64,000 bases of DNA from Vulcanimicrobiota bacterium (GCA_963733295.1 CAVTCS010000003.1:992001-1056000), one strand, 5' to 3'. Shown: positions 51,461-62,938, counted from the first letter of the stretch. The notes: generated by a model not told the origin, from the sequence alone. Numbers and translations: made by a program.

Positions 51461-54400
51461 TTGAGTTCTTTCGTTCATCTCCACGTTCATAGCGAATACT
51501 CGCTTTTGGACGGAGCGTGTCGCGTCGATCCGCTTTGCAAGCGGACCGCGGAACAAGGTTCGCCGGGGATAGCCTTGACCGACCACGGCGTCATGTTCGG
51601 AGCGATGGAGTTCTACTACGCCGCGCGCGAGCATTCGCTCGTGCCGATCGTCGGTTGCGAAGCCTACATCGCGCCGCGAGGCCGCTACGACCGCAGCGTG
51701 CGCGAAGAAGCGCACGTCACGCTTTTGGCCGGCGACGTCGAGGGTTACCGGAACCTCGTTGCGCTCATCTCGAAAGGCTTTCTCCAAGGCTACTACTACA
51801 AGCCGCGCATCGATATGGAATTGCTCGAGCAGCACAACCGCGGATTGATCGTGCTCTCCGGCTGCATGTCGAGCCTGTGCGCGCAACCATTGCTGCGCAA
51901 CGACTACGAGGGTGCGAAGAAAGCCGCGACGGCGTTCCATCAGATCTTCGGCGACCGCTTTTACATCGAGATCATGCGCCACGGCATTCCCGAGCAGGAC
52001 ACCGTGAACGCCGGTCTCATCAAGCTCGCGCGCGAACTCGATCTGCCGCTCGTCGCAACGAACGATTCGCACTACCTCGTCCGCGAGGACGCTGCCGCGC
52101 ACGACGTGCTGCTCTGCATTGGTACCGGCAAAACGGTGCAGGACACCAGCCGCATGAAGTTCATGACCCAAGAGTTCTACGTGAAGTCGGCCGAAGAGAT
52201 GCGCGGGCTCTTTGCCGACTTGCCCGAGGCCTGCGACAACACGCTGGCGATTGCGAACCGGATCGACATCCGGATCCCGGAAAAACAGTTCAACATCCCG
52301 CTCTACCCGGTTCCGGCCGACGAGAGCCGGTCGCTCTTCGCGAGCGAGAAATCGCCTGAGGAGTATCTACGAGAGATCTGCGAGCGCGGTCTCGTCGAAC
52401 GGTATGGCCCCGAGCGTGCCGCGAACGACGCGGCCCTGCGCGAACGGCTCGACCTACGAGCTCGGCGTCATCATCTCGATGGGTTTCGCGTCGTACTTTC
52501 TCATCGTGTGGGATTTCATCAAGTATGCCCGCGACCGCGACATCCCCGTCGGACCGGGCCGAGGCTCCGCGGTCGGTTCGCTCGTCTCGTACGTGCTGCG
52601 CATCACCGACATGGATCCCATCAAATACGACCTGATCTTCGAGCGTTTCCTGAATCCGGACCGCATCTCGATGCCCGACATCGACACGGACTTCTGCGTC
52701 GAGCGGCGCGACGAAGTGATCAAGTACGTCACCGAAAAGTACGGTTCCGATCGGGTCGCGCAAATCGTCACTTTCGGAACGATGGCCGCGCGCGCCGCGG
52801 TGCGCGACGCGGGGCGCGCGCTGGGCGTACCGCTCGGCGACGTGGACCGGGTGGCGAAGCTGATTCCGTCGGGCCCGGGCGGCCTTTCGATCGCGCAGGC
52901 GCTCAAGGGAATTCCGGAGTTGAAGGCGCTCTACGACGCCTCGCCTCAGATCCGCACGTTGCTCGAAACGGCCAAGTCGATCGAGGGTTTGGCGCGTCAC
53001 GCCTCGACCCACGCGGCCGGCGTGGTCATTTCGAAAGATCCGCTCGTCGACGTGACGCCGCTGATCAAGCTCGGTGACGACGACGTGAACACGCAGTACG
53101 ACATGGGCTGGGTCGAACGCATCGGCTTGCTCAAGATGGACTTCCTCGGCTTGCGCAATTTGACGGTGATGAAGAACGCGGTTGACGAGATTCGCCGGAT
53201 CGAAAATCCCGACTTCGATCTCGCCGGCATCGCCGACGACGATCAGAAGACGTTCGAGATGCTCGGCCGGGGCGAAACGACCGGCGTGTTTCAGTTGGAA
53301 TCCGACGGGATGCGGCGCGTCGTCGCGGAGCTGCGACCGAGCGTCTTCAACGACATCATGGCGTTGGTAGCACTGTACCGGCCGGGCCCGATGGAGTGGA
53401 TCCCGCTCTACATCAGCAACAAGCACGGGCGCACCAAACCCAAGTACCTGCACCCGATTCTCGAGCCGATCCTCGCTCCGACGTACGCGGTCGCTTGCTA
53501 TCAAGAGCAGGTTATGCAGATCGCGCGCGACGTCGCCGGCTTCTCGATGTCGGACGCCGACGAGCTGCGCAAGGTCATGGGCAAGAAGCTCAAGGATAAG
53601 ATCCCCGTCTACCACGAGAAATTCGTCAGCGGCGCAGTCGCCAAAGGCTTCGACAAGAAACTCGCTGAGGACATCTTCGCGTTCGTCGAGCCCTTCGCCG
53701 GATACGGCTTCAACAAGAGTCACGCCGTGGCATACGGCTGGATCGCCTACCAGACGGCGTTTCTCAAGGCGAACTATCCGCGCGCCTATCTCGCAGCGTT
53801 GATGACCTCGGTGCAAGACCGGACCGACAAGCTCGTCGAGTACATTGAGGAGGCCAAGAAGGTCGGGATCAGCGTGCTGCCTCCGGACGTCAACCAGTCG
53901 CGCAACGACTTCACCGTCGTCGGACCCGACATCCGCTTCGGGCTAGCCGCGATCAAAGGCGTCGGAGAGGGTGCCGTAAGTTCGATCATCGAGGCTCGCG
54001 AACAGGACGGCCTGTTCGCCGACGTCTTCGACTTCGCGGAGCGCATCGATCCGAAACTACTCAATCGCAAAGTCTTCGAGGCGTTGATCAAGTGCGGTGC
54101 GCTCGACTCGTTGCCCGGTAACCGCGCGCAGCTGCTCGACGCACTCGATCGGGCGATCGAGCGTGCGGCTCGTGCCGGGCGCGATCGCGAATCGGGTCAA
54201 GCTTCGTTGTTCGGCGAAGTCGAGGCGGACCACGAACATCTCAAGCCGCAACTGCGCAACCTGCCCGCGCCGCCGGTTCTCGAGCAGCTCGCGTGGGAGA
54301 AGGAGACGCTGGGAATTTTCGTGTCGGGTCACCCGCTGGCCGACGTCGCTGAAGCGCTGGCGCGCGGCGGCGCGTTGCCGATCAAGGAATTGCGCGGGCG

Positions 54401-54926
54401 GGGCGACGACGAGCAGGTGACGGTCGCGGGTATGCTGACCGCGGTGCGTCGCACGTTGACGAAAGCTCAGCAGCAGATGTTGATCGCGACGATCGAGGAC
54501 ATGAGCGGCAGCGTCGAGTGCATCGTGTTCCCCAAGACCTACGCGCAGTTGCAGGCGGCCTTCGTGCCGGACGCGATCGTGACGCTGAAGGCGCGGGTCC
54601 GCCTGCGCGAGCGCCGTGGAACGCTGCCGGGCGACGACGCGCCGGTCGAGCTCTCGTTGACCGTCAACGAAGCCAAAGCGTTCGAGCGGCGGCAGATCCC
54701 GCCGCCGCCGACCGGCTGGCACGTGACGGCCTCGCGCAAGAAACAGATCGACGCTCTCGACGACCTGTTGCGCGAATCGCCGGGCGCGGTGCCTGTCGTG
54801 CTCCACATCGGCGAGCACGCCGAGCGACTCGCGGGGGGAATCTCGAACAGCACCTACGTCCGTCACGAGCTCGAGTCGATCTTCGGCGGCCCGAGCGTGT
54901 GGGAAGGACCTGCCCCGCCCGCGTAA
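51461..54926 (+). CDS. dnaE: DNA polymerase III alpha subunit, with a +1 frameshift near 52454
   Basis: FVHLHVHSEYSLLDG, LTDHG, TNDSHY (PHP) in the first frame; GPGRGSAVGS, MPDIDTDF, GLLKMDFLGL, YGFNKSHA in the second frame. Confidence 0.93.
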
Positions 54927-54935
54927 ACTCCGGGG

Positions 54936-56114
54936 GTGAGACTACCTGCCGGCACGCGCGACTGGCTGCCGCCGGAGCTGCAGCGCAAGCGCGCGGTCGA
55001 GGCTGTGCTGCGCGGCGTTTTCGAACGCTGGGCTTACGCAGAGATCCAAACGCCAAGTTTCGAGCGCTTCGATGCGCTCGAACTCGGCCTGGGCGACGGG
55101 GTCGCGCAAAAGACGTTCTTGTTCAACGACCGCGGCGGGACGCAACTCGCGCTTCGTCCGGAGATGACCACGCCGGTCGCGCGGCTCGTTTCGACCCGGA
55201 TGCGCGGCGCGCCGCTGCCGATCCGGCTGTCGTACGTGCAAAGCGCATATCGTTACGAGGAACCGCAAGAAGGGCGGATGCGCGAATTCACGCAGGCCGG
55301 GCTCGAGCTGATCGGCTCGAGCGGGACCGATGCCGATGCCGAGAGCTTGTTCACGGCGCTCGAAGCGCTCGATGCGCTCGGCCTCGGCGACGCGCGCTTC
55401 GATCTCAATCACGCCGCGATCATCGACGGCGTCCTCGCCAACCTGGCTTGGGAGCCCGCTGCGATCGCCGCCTGCAAACGCCTGATCGCCGATCGTAACA
55501 TCGTCGCGCTGCGCAAGATGCTGAGCGACGGCGGCCGCGCGAAAGACAGTGAAGAACTGGTCGCGCTCGTCATGCTGCGCGGGCGCGAAGAGGTCTTGCA
55601 GCTTGCGGCGGCGCGCTGCTCGACGGCCGAGGGTCGCGAAGGCATCGAGCGGTTGCGCGAGCTGCTCTCGCGCGCCGATCGGCTCGGATTCGGGGAGCGG
55701 CTCGCGGTCGATCTTTCCCTCTTGCGCGACGTGTCGTACTACACCGGCTTCATCTTTGAAGGCTTCGCGGGCGAAGTCGGTTTCGCGCTGTGCGGTGGCG
55801 GGCGCTACGACTCGCTGCTGCCGCGCTTCGGCTTCGATGCCGGCGCCGTCGGCTGGTCGGTCAACGTCGAGCGTTTGCTGATCGCGCTCGAGCGCCGCCA
55901 CACTTCTCGTTTCGGTGATGCTCCGGCGGTCGACGTGCTCGTCAGCGGTTCGGACGTCGTCGCGGCGCGCGAGCGAGCGGCGGGCAAAATCGTGCGCATC
56001 GATTTCGAAAGCCGCAGCGAAGGCGAGCTGCTGAGCGCGGCGCGCGCCGCGCGCATCCCGCGCGTCTTGATCGCGCGCGGCGCCGAGGTGCGCGAGCTGA
56101 AGGTCGAATGGTGA
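54936..56114 (+). CDS. hisZ: ATP phosphoribosyltransferase regulatory subunit
   Basis: LPAGTRDWLP, LRPEMTTPVAR, REFTQAGLELIG, YYTG, GGGRYD; adjacent to short hisG. Confidence 0.9.
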   Translation: MRLPAGTRDWLPPELQRKRAVEAVLRGVFERWAYAEIQTPSFERFDALELGLGDGVAQKTFLFNDRGGTQLALRPEMTTPVARLVSTRMRGAPLPIRLSYVQSAYRYEEPQEGRMREFTQAGLELIGSSGTDADAESLFTALEALDALGLGDARFDLNHAAIIDGVLANLAWEPAAIAACKRLIADRNIVALRKMLSDGGRAKDSEELVALVMLRGREEVLQLAAARCSTAEGREGIERLRELLSRADRLGFGERLAVDLSLLRDVSYYTGFIFEGFAGEVGFALCGGGRYDSLLPRFGFDAGAVGWSVNVERLLIALERRHTSRFGDAPAVDVLVSGSDVVAARERAAGKIVRIDFESRSEGELLSAARAARIPRVLIARGAEVRELKVEW

Positions 56115-56746
56115 GCCCGCTCGTCGTCGCGATTCCGAAAGGCGCGCTCTACGCCGAGTCGGCTGCGCGCTTGCGCGCCGCCGGACTCGAGGTGCCGGAG
56201 GATCCGGGGCGCAAGCTCGCCGTGGATTGCGGCGACGGGACTCGAATCTTGCTCGTGAGGCCGACCGACGTTCCCGCCTACGTCGAGTTCGGGGCGGCCG
56301 ACTGCGGCGTCGTCGGCGCCGACGTGCTCTGGGAAACCGAACGCCACGTCTGCGAACTGGCCGATCTCGAATTCGGCGCTTGCCGCCTGGTCGTCGCGGC
56401 GCGGCGCAGCGACCGCTACCACGAAGGTGCCCAACTTCCGACGTTCTTGCGCGTCGCGACGAAATTCGAGCGCACCGCCGAGGCCTTTTTTGCCGAACGC
56501 GACGTGCCGGTCCAGTTGATCAAACTGCACGGGTCGGTCGAGTTGGCGCCGCTCGTCGGGCTCGCCGACCTGATCGTCGATTTGGTTGCGAGCGGCAAGA
56601 CTTTGCGCGAACACGACCTCGCGATCGTGAACGAGATCGCGCTCTCGACCGCGCGCTTCGTCGTCAACCCGATTCGCTTTCGCGTCAAGTACCACGCCAT
56701 CACGGCGCTGCTCGGGCGGCTCGATCCGCGCGCCGTGCCTGCATGA
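56108..56746 (+). CDS. hisG: ATP phosphoribosyltransferase (short form)
   Basis: AIPKG, RVATKF, GSVELAPLVGLADLIVDLVASGKTLREH. Confidence 0.93.
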   Translation: MVSPLVVAIPKGALYAESAARLRAAGLEVPEDPGRKLAVDCGDGTRILLVRPTDVPAYVEFGAADCGVVGADVLWETERHVCELADLEFGACRLVVAARRSDRYHEGAQLPTFLRVATKFERTAEAFFAERDVPVQLIKLHGSVELAPLVGLADLIVDLVASGKTLREHDLAIVNEIALSTARFVVNPIRFRVKYHAITALLGRLDPRAVPA

Positions 56747-58032
56747 AGATTCTCGACGCGAGCGACGCCGAGGCGCTCGCGGGACTGTATGCTGCGGGTT
56801 GGGATCCGCCGGAGGCCGTGCGCGCCGGCGTCACCGAGATCTTGGCGGCGATTCGCGCGCGCGGCGACGAGGCGCTGCTGGCGTACACGCGCCGTTTCGA
56901 CTTCCCCGGCGCAGCGCTCGCGACCCTCGCGATCGAGATTCCGAACGCGCGGGATGCGCAGGAGCTCGTTCCGCCGGAAGTTGCCGAAGGCTTGAGGCTG
57001 GCGCGGAGTCGCGTCGCGGCCTTTCACGAACGGCAACTGAACGGAGATCTCGAGTGCGTCGAGTCCGACGGGTCGCGCAGCGCATTGCTGGCGCGTCCGC
57101 TGAGCGCGGTCGGCGCGTACGTTCCGGGCGGTACGGCGTCGTATCCCTCGAGCGTTATCATGACGGCGGTTCCGGCGAAGGTCGCGGGCGTACCGCGGCT
57201 GGTCGTGACGACGCCGCCGGGAGGCGACGGTCGCATTTCTCCGGCGGTCCTGTTTGCGTGCAGCCTCTGCGGGGTCGACGAGCTTTACGCTGCCGGCGGC
57301 GCGCAGGCGATCGGCGCGCTGGCCTTCGGGACCGCCTCGATCCCGCGCGTCGACAAAATCGTCGGTCCGGGTAACGTCTGGGTCACTGAAGCGAAGCGTC
57401 AAGTCTTCGGGCTATGCGGGATCGACGGACTCGCCGGGCCGTCGGAGGTCCTCGTCGTCGCCGACGCCGCCGCGCGCCCGGAGTTCGTCGCCGGTGAACT
57501 GATCGCGCAAGCGGAGCACGATCCGCTCGCGCGCGTCGCGGCGGTTTCGCAGGACCGCGCGATTCTCGAGCGCGTCGCGGCGCTGCTGGACGGACCCTTC
57601 GCGAGCGCAGCGGGGCGGAACGAGATCGTCGCGCGCGTCCTGGCCGAACGCGCTTATCTCATTCACGCGCGCAATCGCGCCGAAACGCTGGAAGTGATCG
57701 ATCGTTTCGCGCCCGAGCACCTCTCGATTCAAACGCAGGACCCGGCGGCATGGCTCCCGGACGTCGCGCACGCCGGAGCGATCTTTCTCGGTTCCGAGAC
57801 GCCCGTCGCAGCGGGCGACTACATCGCAGGCCCCAGTCACGTGCTGCCGACCTCGGGCGCCGCGCGTTTCTCGTCGGGATTGCGAACGGCAGACTTCATG
57901 CGCACGATGTCGGTCGTCGAAAACAGCCCCAGCCGAATGCGAGCCGACGCAGCGCTGCTCGCAGCGCTCGCGAACTTCGAAGGGCTGCCGGCGCACGCGC
58001 GCACGGCGCGTCTCCGCGAGGAAAGCAGATGA
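56743..58032 (+). CDS. hisD: Histidinol dehydrogenase
   Basis: YVPGG, GGAQAI, KIVGPGN, AGPSE, AQAEHD, APEHL, GDYIAGPSHVLPT; ATGA overlap start. Confidence 0.93.
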   Translation: MKILDASDAEALAGLYAAGWDPPEAVRAGVTEILAAIRARGDEALLAYTRRFDFPGAALATLAIEIPNARDAQELVPPEVAEGLRLARSRVAAFHERQLNGDLECVESDGSRSALLARPLSAVGAYVPGGTASYPSSVIMTAVPAKVAGVPRLVVTTPPGGDGRISPAVLFACSLCGVDELYAAGGAQAIGALAFGTASIPRVDKIVGPGNVWVTEAKRQVFGLCGIDGLAGPSEVLVVADAAARPEFVAGELIAQAEHDPLARVAAVSQDRAILERVAALLDGPFASAAGRNEIVARVLAERAYLIHARNRAETLEVIDRFAPEHLSIQTQDPAAWLPDVAHAGAIFLGSETPVAAGDYIAGPSHVLPTSGAARFSSGLRTADFMRTMSVVENSPSRMRADAALLAALANFEGLPAHARTARLREESR

Positions 58033-58859
58033 ACCGGCCCAAAATGGTCGCGCTCGATCTCGACGGAACGCTCGTCGAACCACTCAAACCGGTGCGCCCG
58101 CGGGTCGTCGCAGCGGTACGGGCCGCTTGCGCCGCGGGCGTGCGCGCGACGATCGTGACGGGGCGGATGTACGTCGGAACCGAATCTTTCGTGCGCTTGC
58201 TCTCGATCGAAGGGCCGATCATCTGTTACCAGGGAGCGGTCATCGCCGATGCGGTCAGCGGCCGATTCGAGCGCGAGATCGCGCTGCCGAACGCCGTCGC
58301 CTTGCGCATTTACGACGCGGCGAAGCCGCGCGGCTACCACGTGCAGTTCTATCGCGAAGATCGTTTCTACGTCGAGCAGCGCAACGCATATTCCGACCTG
58401 TACGCGCGCATTTCGGGAACCGAGCCGGTCGTCGTGGCCTCGCTGCCCGAAGCCTTCGCGGGCCGCGACAGCACCAAGGTCAACATCGTGACCGATCCGG
58501 AGAAGACGCCGGAGTGCTTGAGGCTCATGAAAGAGGTTTGCGGCGACGATGCCTACGTGACGCGCTCGAACCCCGAGTTCGTCGAGATGCTCTCTCCCAA
58601 GGTCGACAAGGGCGAGGCGCTCGCGCTGATTGCGAGCGAACTCGGCATCCCGCTCGCGGACGTCCTCGCGATCGGCGATTCGTACAACGACGTTCCGCTC
58701 TTGCGCGTCGCGGGTTTCGGCGTCGCGATGGGGTCTGGTCCCCCGGAGCTCAAAGCCGAAGCGGATGCGGTAGTGGGCGACGTCGAACACGACGGAGTGG
58801 CAGAAGCGATCGAGCGTTTCGTCTTGGCGCCGCCGGACACTCGAAGCATGATCGGATGA
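58029..58859 (+). CDS. Cof-type HAD-IIB hydrolase
   Basis: DLDGTL, VTGR, VDKGEAL, IGDSYND, GVAMG, DGVAEAI. Confidence 0.9.
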   Translation: MNRPKMVALDLDGTLVEPLKPVRPRVVAAVRAACAAGVRATIVTGRMYVGTESFVRLLSIEGPIICYQGAVIADAVSGRFEREIALPNAVALRIYDAAKPRGYHVQFYREDRFYVEQRNAYSDLYARISGTEPVVVASLPEAFAGRDSTKVNIVTDPEKTPECLRLMKEVCGDDAYVTRSNPEFVEMLSPKVDKGEALALIASELGIPLADVLAIGDSYNDVPLLRVAGFGVAMGSGPPELKAEADAVVGDVEHDGVAEAIERFVLAPPDTRSMIG

Positions 58860-59644
58860 GTTCTAGGCCGCTTCAACTTCGGCGCCGTTCGAAACCTTCG
58901 ATCGGTGCACGCGCGCGCAGGTATTGGATCCCGGCGATTCTCGCGATCGCGATCGTGGCGAGTCTGGGTTGGGCCCTGGCGGCGGCGCCGATGTTTCATC
59001 TCTCGAGCGTCGAAGTGACGGGACTCGGTCGCGTTTCGCGCGAGGACGTTCTGGCGCGTGCCGCCTTGAATCCGAACGAGAACGTTTGGCTCAGTGACAC
59101 GCGCGCAGCGGAACGCCGCATTGAAGGGATTCCGTACGTGCTGACGGCTCGTGTCAGGCGCCGCTTTCCAGCGGCCGTGAACATCGTCGTCACCGAGCGC
59201 ACTCCGGAAGCGTGCGTGCAGGACGGTCGCGCGCGCGAGCTGACGGTGGACGGAACGCTGCGCGTGCTCGAGAGCGGCTGCGCGAGTGCTCCGGGCCTCA
59301 GATATCTGACGCGCGACGCGCTCGCGGCGCAGCCGGGCGATTTTCTGACCGACCCTGCGATCGTAGGGTTGCGAGACGAGGCGCAGGCCCTCGTAACGTT
59401 CGCGAGTCCGCCCGCTGGAGATGCTGCACCGGCGCTGCACTTTACGAGCTTTTCGCTCGACCCGGCCGGGCAGCTCGATGCAACGCTTGCCGGCGGCGTT
59501 CGCGTGCACTTCGGCGACGACGATGCGCTGGCGGAGAAGGAACGGCTCGTCGGACCGATCCTTGCGTCGCTCGGAGCCCGCGCGGCGAACGTCCGCGCGG
59601 TCGACCTGCGCGCGCCGGCGACCCCGGTTGTGGAATTTCGTTAG
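58856..59644 (+). CDS. ftsQ: Cell division protein FtsQ/DivIB
   Basis: Basic N-terminus, single TM, POTRA (VEVTG...IPYV..ARVRRRFP..V.I.VTER), C-terminal VDLR. Confidence 0.82.
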   Translation: MSSRPLQLRRRSKPSIGARARRYWIPAILAIAIVASLGWALAAAPMFHLSSVEVTGLGRVSREDVLARAALNPNENVWLSDTRAAERRIEGIPYVLTARVRRRFPAAVNIVVTERTPEACVQDGRARELTVDGTLRVLESGCASAPGLRYLTRDALAAQPGDFLTDPAIVGLRDEAQALVTFASPPAGDAAPALHFTSFSLDPAGQLDATLAGGVRVHFGDDDALAEKERLVGPILASLGARAANVRAVDLRAPATPVVEFR

Positions 59645-59661
59645 AAGCTTACCGCCCCCGG

Positions 59662-60339
59662 TTATCTGAGCGTGCGGGCGGCGTTGTCCAGCGACTGGTG
59701 GGCCTTTGCACCGATCGATTCCACGCGCGCTCGCTGAGCAGCTTCAGCTTCGAGTTCTTGCTGTGACTGCGGCGCCGTTCGCAGAACGACGGTGCGGCTC
59801 GCGCCGTCCCACGCGACGTACGCGCCGATGGCTTCCGCGAAGGCGCGCAACGGAAAGTACACCAATCCGTCAACGACCCGCGTGGGCACACTCAACGTGC
59901 TCGCATTGGTCGTTGGAGGGCCGAGAGCGTCGAGCGTGGTCGAGGTTCGCGTCGTCATCACGAAAAGCTGATTTCCAAGCGTATTTGAAGCCCAACGTAG
60001 CTCGCTCTTCGGATAGAGGTGTCCCACGGCAACCGAGACCGTGCGCGTCGATGCGTCGTACGCCAATCCCGCGCGCATCGCGGTGAAGAGCCTCTGGGCG
60101 GGATTGTCCACCGACGAGCCCGGGCGCGCTGCGCCAAGCGTCACGTTGTGGGGCGTCAAGGCCACCAACACGCGGCCGTCCAGGAGAAGCGGGCGCAGGC
60201 CGTGCACCGTTCGATCGTTGTACAGAATCGAGATCTCGTTGGCGTTCTGAGCAGCGCCAGCCCTGGCGGCAAGCCACAACGCGAGCGCCGCGGAGAGAGT
60301 GGCGGAACGGCGGATGAAGTGCCCGCGCGAGAGGTCCAC
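59662..60339 (-). CDS. Exported protein with a copper amine oxidase N-terminal-like (stalk) domain
   Basis: VDGLVYFPLRAFAEAIGAYVAWDGASRTV motif; signal-like N-terminus from GTG 60339. Confidence 0.65.
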   Translation of the reverse strand: MDLSRGHFIRRSATLSAALALWLAARAGAAQNANEISILYNDRTVHGLRPLLLDGRVLVALTPHNVTLGAARPGSSVDNPAQRLFTAMRAGLAYDASTRTVSVAVGHLYPKSELRWASNTLGNQLFVMTTRTSTTLDALGPPTTNASTLSVPTRVVDGLVYFPLRAFAEAIGAYVAWDGASRTVVLRTAPQSQQELEAEAAQRARVESIGAKAHQSLDNAARTLR

Positions 60340-60427
60340 GGCTCGATCCTTCGGCCCACGAGCGCTCGCCGCCCGGGTAATTCGCAGGTCCCCACCGGCG
60401 GCTCGCAGCCTGTGAACAGCCTTATAG

Positions 60428-60475
60428 ACACAATATATACAAGGAACCGGGATGGCGGACCACAATATATGGGGG
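60428..60475. promoter_or_regulatory. Tandem NrdR-box-like sites upstream of ftsA
   Basis: ACACAATATATACAAG (60428-60443) and CCACAATATATGGGGG (60460-60475), 32 bp apart. Confidence 0.5.
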
Positions 60476-60532
60476 TATGCCGGAGCTGCGGGCGACTCGG
60501 CCCGTTTTGCGTTTGAGATGGCGGGCGTGGTG

Positions 60533-61759
60533 ATGACGAAATCCTCACCGGGTGTCACCATCGCCGGTCTCGACATCGGCACCACCAAGACGTGCGCCGT
60601 CGTCGCGACCAGCACGCCCGAGGGACTCGACATCATCGGCGTGGGCGAGGCTCCCTCGACCGGCTTGCGCAAGGGCGTCATCACCGATCTCGAGGAGACG
60701 GTCCGGGCGATCGAAGCGGCGACCGAACGAGCCGAGCGGATGGCCGGCGTGCACATCTCGCACGTGTACGTCGGAATCACCGGCGAGCACGTTCAAAGCA
60801 CGAACAACCGCGGCGTCGTCGCGATTTCCGGCGAAGAGCGCGAAGTCGTGCGTGGCGACGTGCGGCGGGTTGTCGATGCTTCGAAATTGATCGACGTCGG
60901 CGCCGACCGGCAGATCATCCACGCCTTGCCGCGTCAGTTTGCCGTCGACGGTCACGACGGCGTTAGCGATCCGATCGGTATGGCCGGTTCGCGTCTGGAA
61001 GTCGACACGCACATCATCACCGGCGGCAATACCTTCATCACCAACGTGCTGAAGTGCGTCCACCGGGCGGGGCTCGAACCGGCCGGACTGGTCTTCGAGC
61101 CGCTCGCATCGTCCGCCGCGACGCTGCTCGCCGAGGAGAAACACATCGGCGTCGTCTTGCTCGACATCGGCGGCGGAACGACCGACATCGCGGTCTATTC
61201 GGGTGGGGGCGCGATCCACACTTCGACGATTCCGGTCGGCGGCAATATTCTCACCAACGACATCGCGCTAGGCTTGAAGACGAGCTTCGCCGATGCCGAG
61301 ACGCTCAAGCGCACGCACGGTTCGGCGATCGCCGATCAGCACGGCGAGGCCGAGTTCGTCGTGAAGACGCTCGACGGACGTACGACGCGCTCGGTGACGC
61401 GCGCACAGCTGCGCGCGATCGTCGCGCCGCGGCTTCTCGAGATCTTCCGCTTAGCCAAAGGACAGATTTCCGAAAAGATTCCGCGCGACGTCATGCTGGC
61501 CGAAGTCGTCTTGACCGGCGGCGGCGCGCAGCTTCACGGGATCGAACAAGCAGCTTCGGACTATTTCGGTTTGCCGGCACGAATCGGCGTTCCGACCGCA
61601 ATCGGCGGTCTGACCGATGCCGTGCGAAACCCCGAGTACGCGACGGCCGTCGGACTCGTGCTCTTCGGGCCCAAAGGCGACGGCGCCATCTGGAACAACG
61701 GACGGCGGCTCAGTCCGTTCGCACGCGTCACCTCGTGGTGGGGTGATTTCTGGAACTAG
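60533..61759 (+). CDS. ftsA: Cell division protein FtsA
   Basis: [35 protein letters not shown]; alternative ATG at 60518. Confidence 0.95.
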   Translation: MTKSSPGVTIAGLDIGTTKTCAVVATSTPEGLDIIGVGEAPSTGLRKGVITDLEETVRAIEAATERAERMAGVHISHVYVGITGEHVQSTNNRGVVAISGEEREVVRGDVRRVVDASKLIDVGADRQIIHALPRQFAVDGHDGVSDPIGMAGSRLEVDTHIITGGNTFITNVLKCVHRAGLEPAGLVFEPLASSAATLLAEEKHIGVVLLDIGGGTTDIAVYSGGGAIHTSTIPVGGNILTNDIALGLKTSFADAETLKRTHGSAIADQHGEAEFVVKTLDGRTTRSVTRAQLRAIVAPRLLEIFRLAKGQISEKIPRDVMLAEVVLTGGGAQLHGIEQAASDYFGLPARIGVPTAIGGLTDAVRNPEYATAVGLVLFGPKGDGAIWNNGRRLSPFARVTSWWGDFWN

Positions 61760-61815
61760 GCCGCGCGGACCACGACCGCCGGAAACACCAACTCTCGTTC
61801 TTTACGGAGGGCTCG

Positions 61816-62889
61816 ATGGCCGAGTCGAAACGCTATAACCCCGAGCACGCCGCCACGATAAAGGTTTTGGGAATTGGCGGCGGCGGCTGCAATGCGGTCA
61901 ACCGGATGATCGAGGCGGGTCTCGCCAACGTCGAATTTTTTGCGATCAATACCGACGTCCAGGCGCTGCGCGGCTGCAAGACGTCCAACACCGTCCAAAT
62001 CGGAAGCGGCCTGACGCGCGGGTTGGGAGCAGGTTCGAATCCGGAGATGGGCCGCGAAGCCGCCGAGGAATCGCGTGAAGACCTGGCGATGATCCTCGAC
62101 GGCGCGGATCTCGTCTTCATCACCGCGGGAATGGGCGGCGGAACCGGGACCGGCGCGGCGCCGGTGCTGGCGGAGCTGGCGCGCGAATCCGGCGCGCTGA
62201 CCGTCGCCGTCGTCACCAAGCCGTTCTCGTTCGAAGGCCGCAAGCGCATGCTGCTGGCGGAGCGCGGCGTCGCCGACCTGGAAGCGAAGGTCGATACGAT
62301 GATCACGATTCCCAACGAGCGCATCCTGCAGATCATCGAGAAGAAGACCCCGCTGCAAGAGGCCTTCGCATACGCCGACGACGTCCTGCGGCAGGGCATT
62401 CAGGGCATCTCCGACCTCATCACGCAGCCGGGCCTCATCAACCTCGACTTTGCCGACGTCAAGACGATTATGACCGATGCCGGCAGCGCGATGATGGGCA
62501 TCGGCGAGGGCACCGGCGAGCATCGCGCCGCCGACGCCGCGCAGAAGGCGATAGCCTCCCCCCTCTTGGAGACGACGATCGAGGGTGCGCGAGGTGTGAT
62601 TTTCAACATCACCGGCGGCCCGGATTTAGCGATGTACGAGGTGAACGAAGCTGCGGAAATGATCTCGCGCGCGGTGGATGCCGAGGCGCAGATCATCTTC
62701 GGTGCATCGATCGATCAAGCGATGGGCTCGAAAGTCCGCGTGACCGTGCTGGCGGCCGGATTCGGTGCCCGCCGGAACGGAAGTGCGGCGGGAGGAGCGT
62801 TCAATTTTGCCGGTGGTGAGTTCGAAAAGGTGGCGCCCATCAACATGGACGACATCGAAGTGCCCGCCTTTCTGCGCTACCGCAGCTAG
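61816..62889 (+). CDS. ftsZ: Cell division protein FtsZ
   Basis: [28 protein letters not shown]-terminal [17 protein letters not shown]. Confidence 0.98.
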   Translation: MAESKRYNPEHAATIKVLGIGGGGCNAVNRMIEAGLANVEFFAINTDVQALRGCKTSNTVQIGSGLTRGLGAGSNPEMGREAAEESREDLAMILDGADLVFITAGMGGGTGTGAAPVLAELARESGALTVAVVTKPFSFEGRKRMLLAERGVADLEAKVDTMITIPNERILQIIEKKTPLQEAFAYADDVLRQGIQGISDLITQPGLINLDFADVKTIMTDAGSAMMGIGEGTGEHRAADAAQKAIASPLLETTIEGARGVIFNITGGPDLAMYEVNEAAEMISRAVDAEAQIIFGASIDQAMGSKVRVTVLAAGFGARRNGSAAGGAFNFAGGEFEKVAPINMDDIEVPAFLRYRS

Positions 62890-62938
62890 GGGCTCGCTCT
62901 CAACGGCTGCGTGGGGGAACCAAGCGTCCGCCGCGAGG

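Noticed and set aside
52290..53816. Long antisense ORFs (508 aa opposite dnaE; similar ones opposite pckA, sdhA and his genes)
   Set aside because: Shadow frames expected from high GC3 codon usage; no protein motifs
51461..54926. Split-intein dnaE as in cyanobacteria
   Set aside because: No intein motifs at the break; the two frames join directly by removing one base
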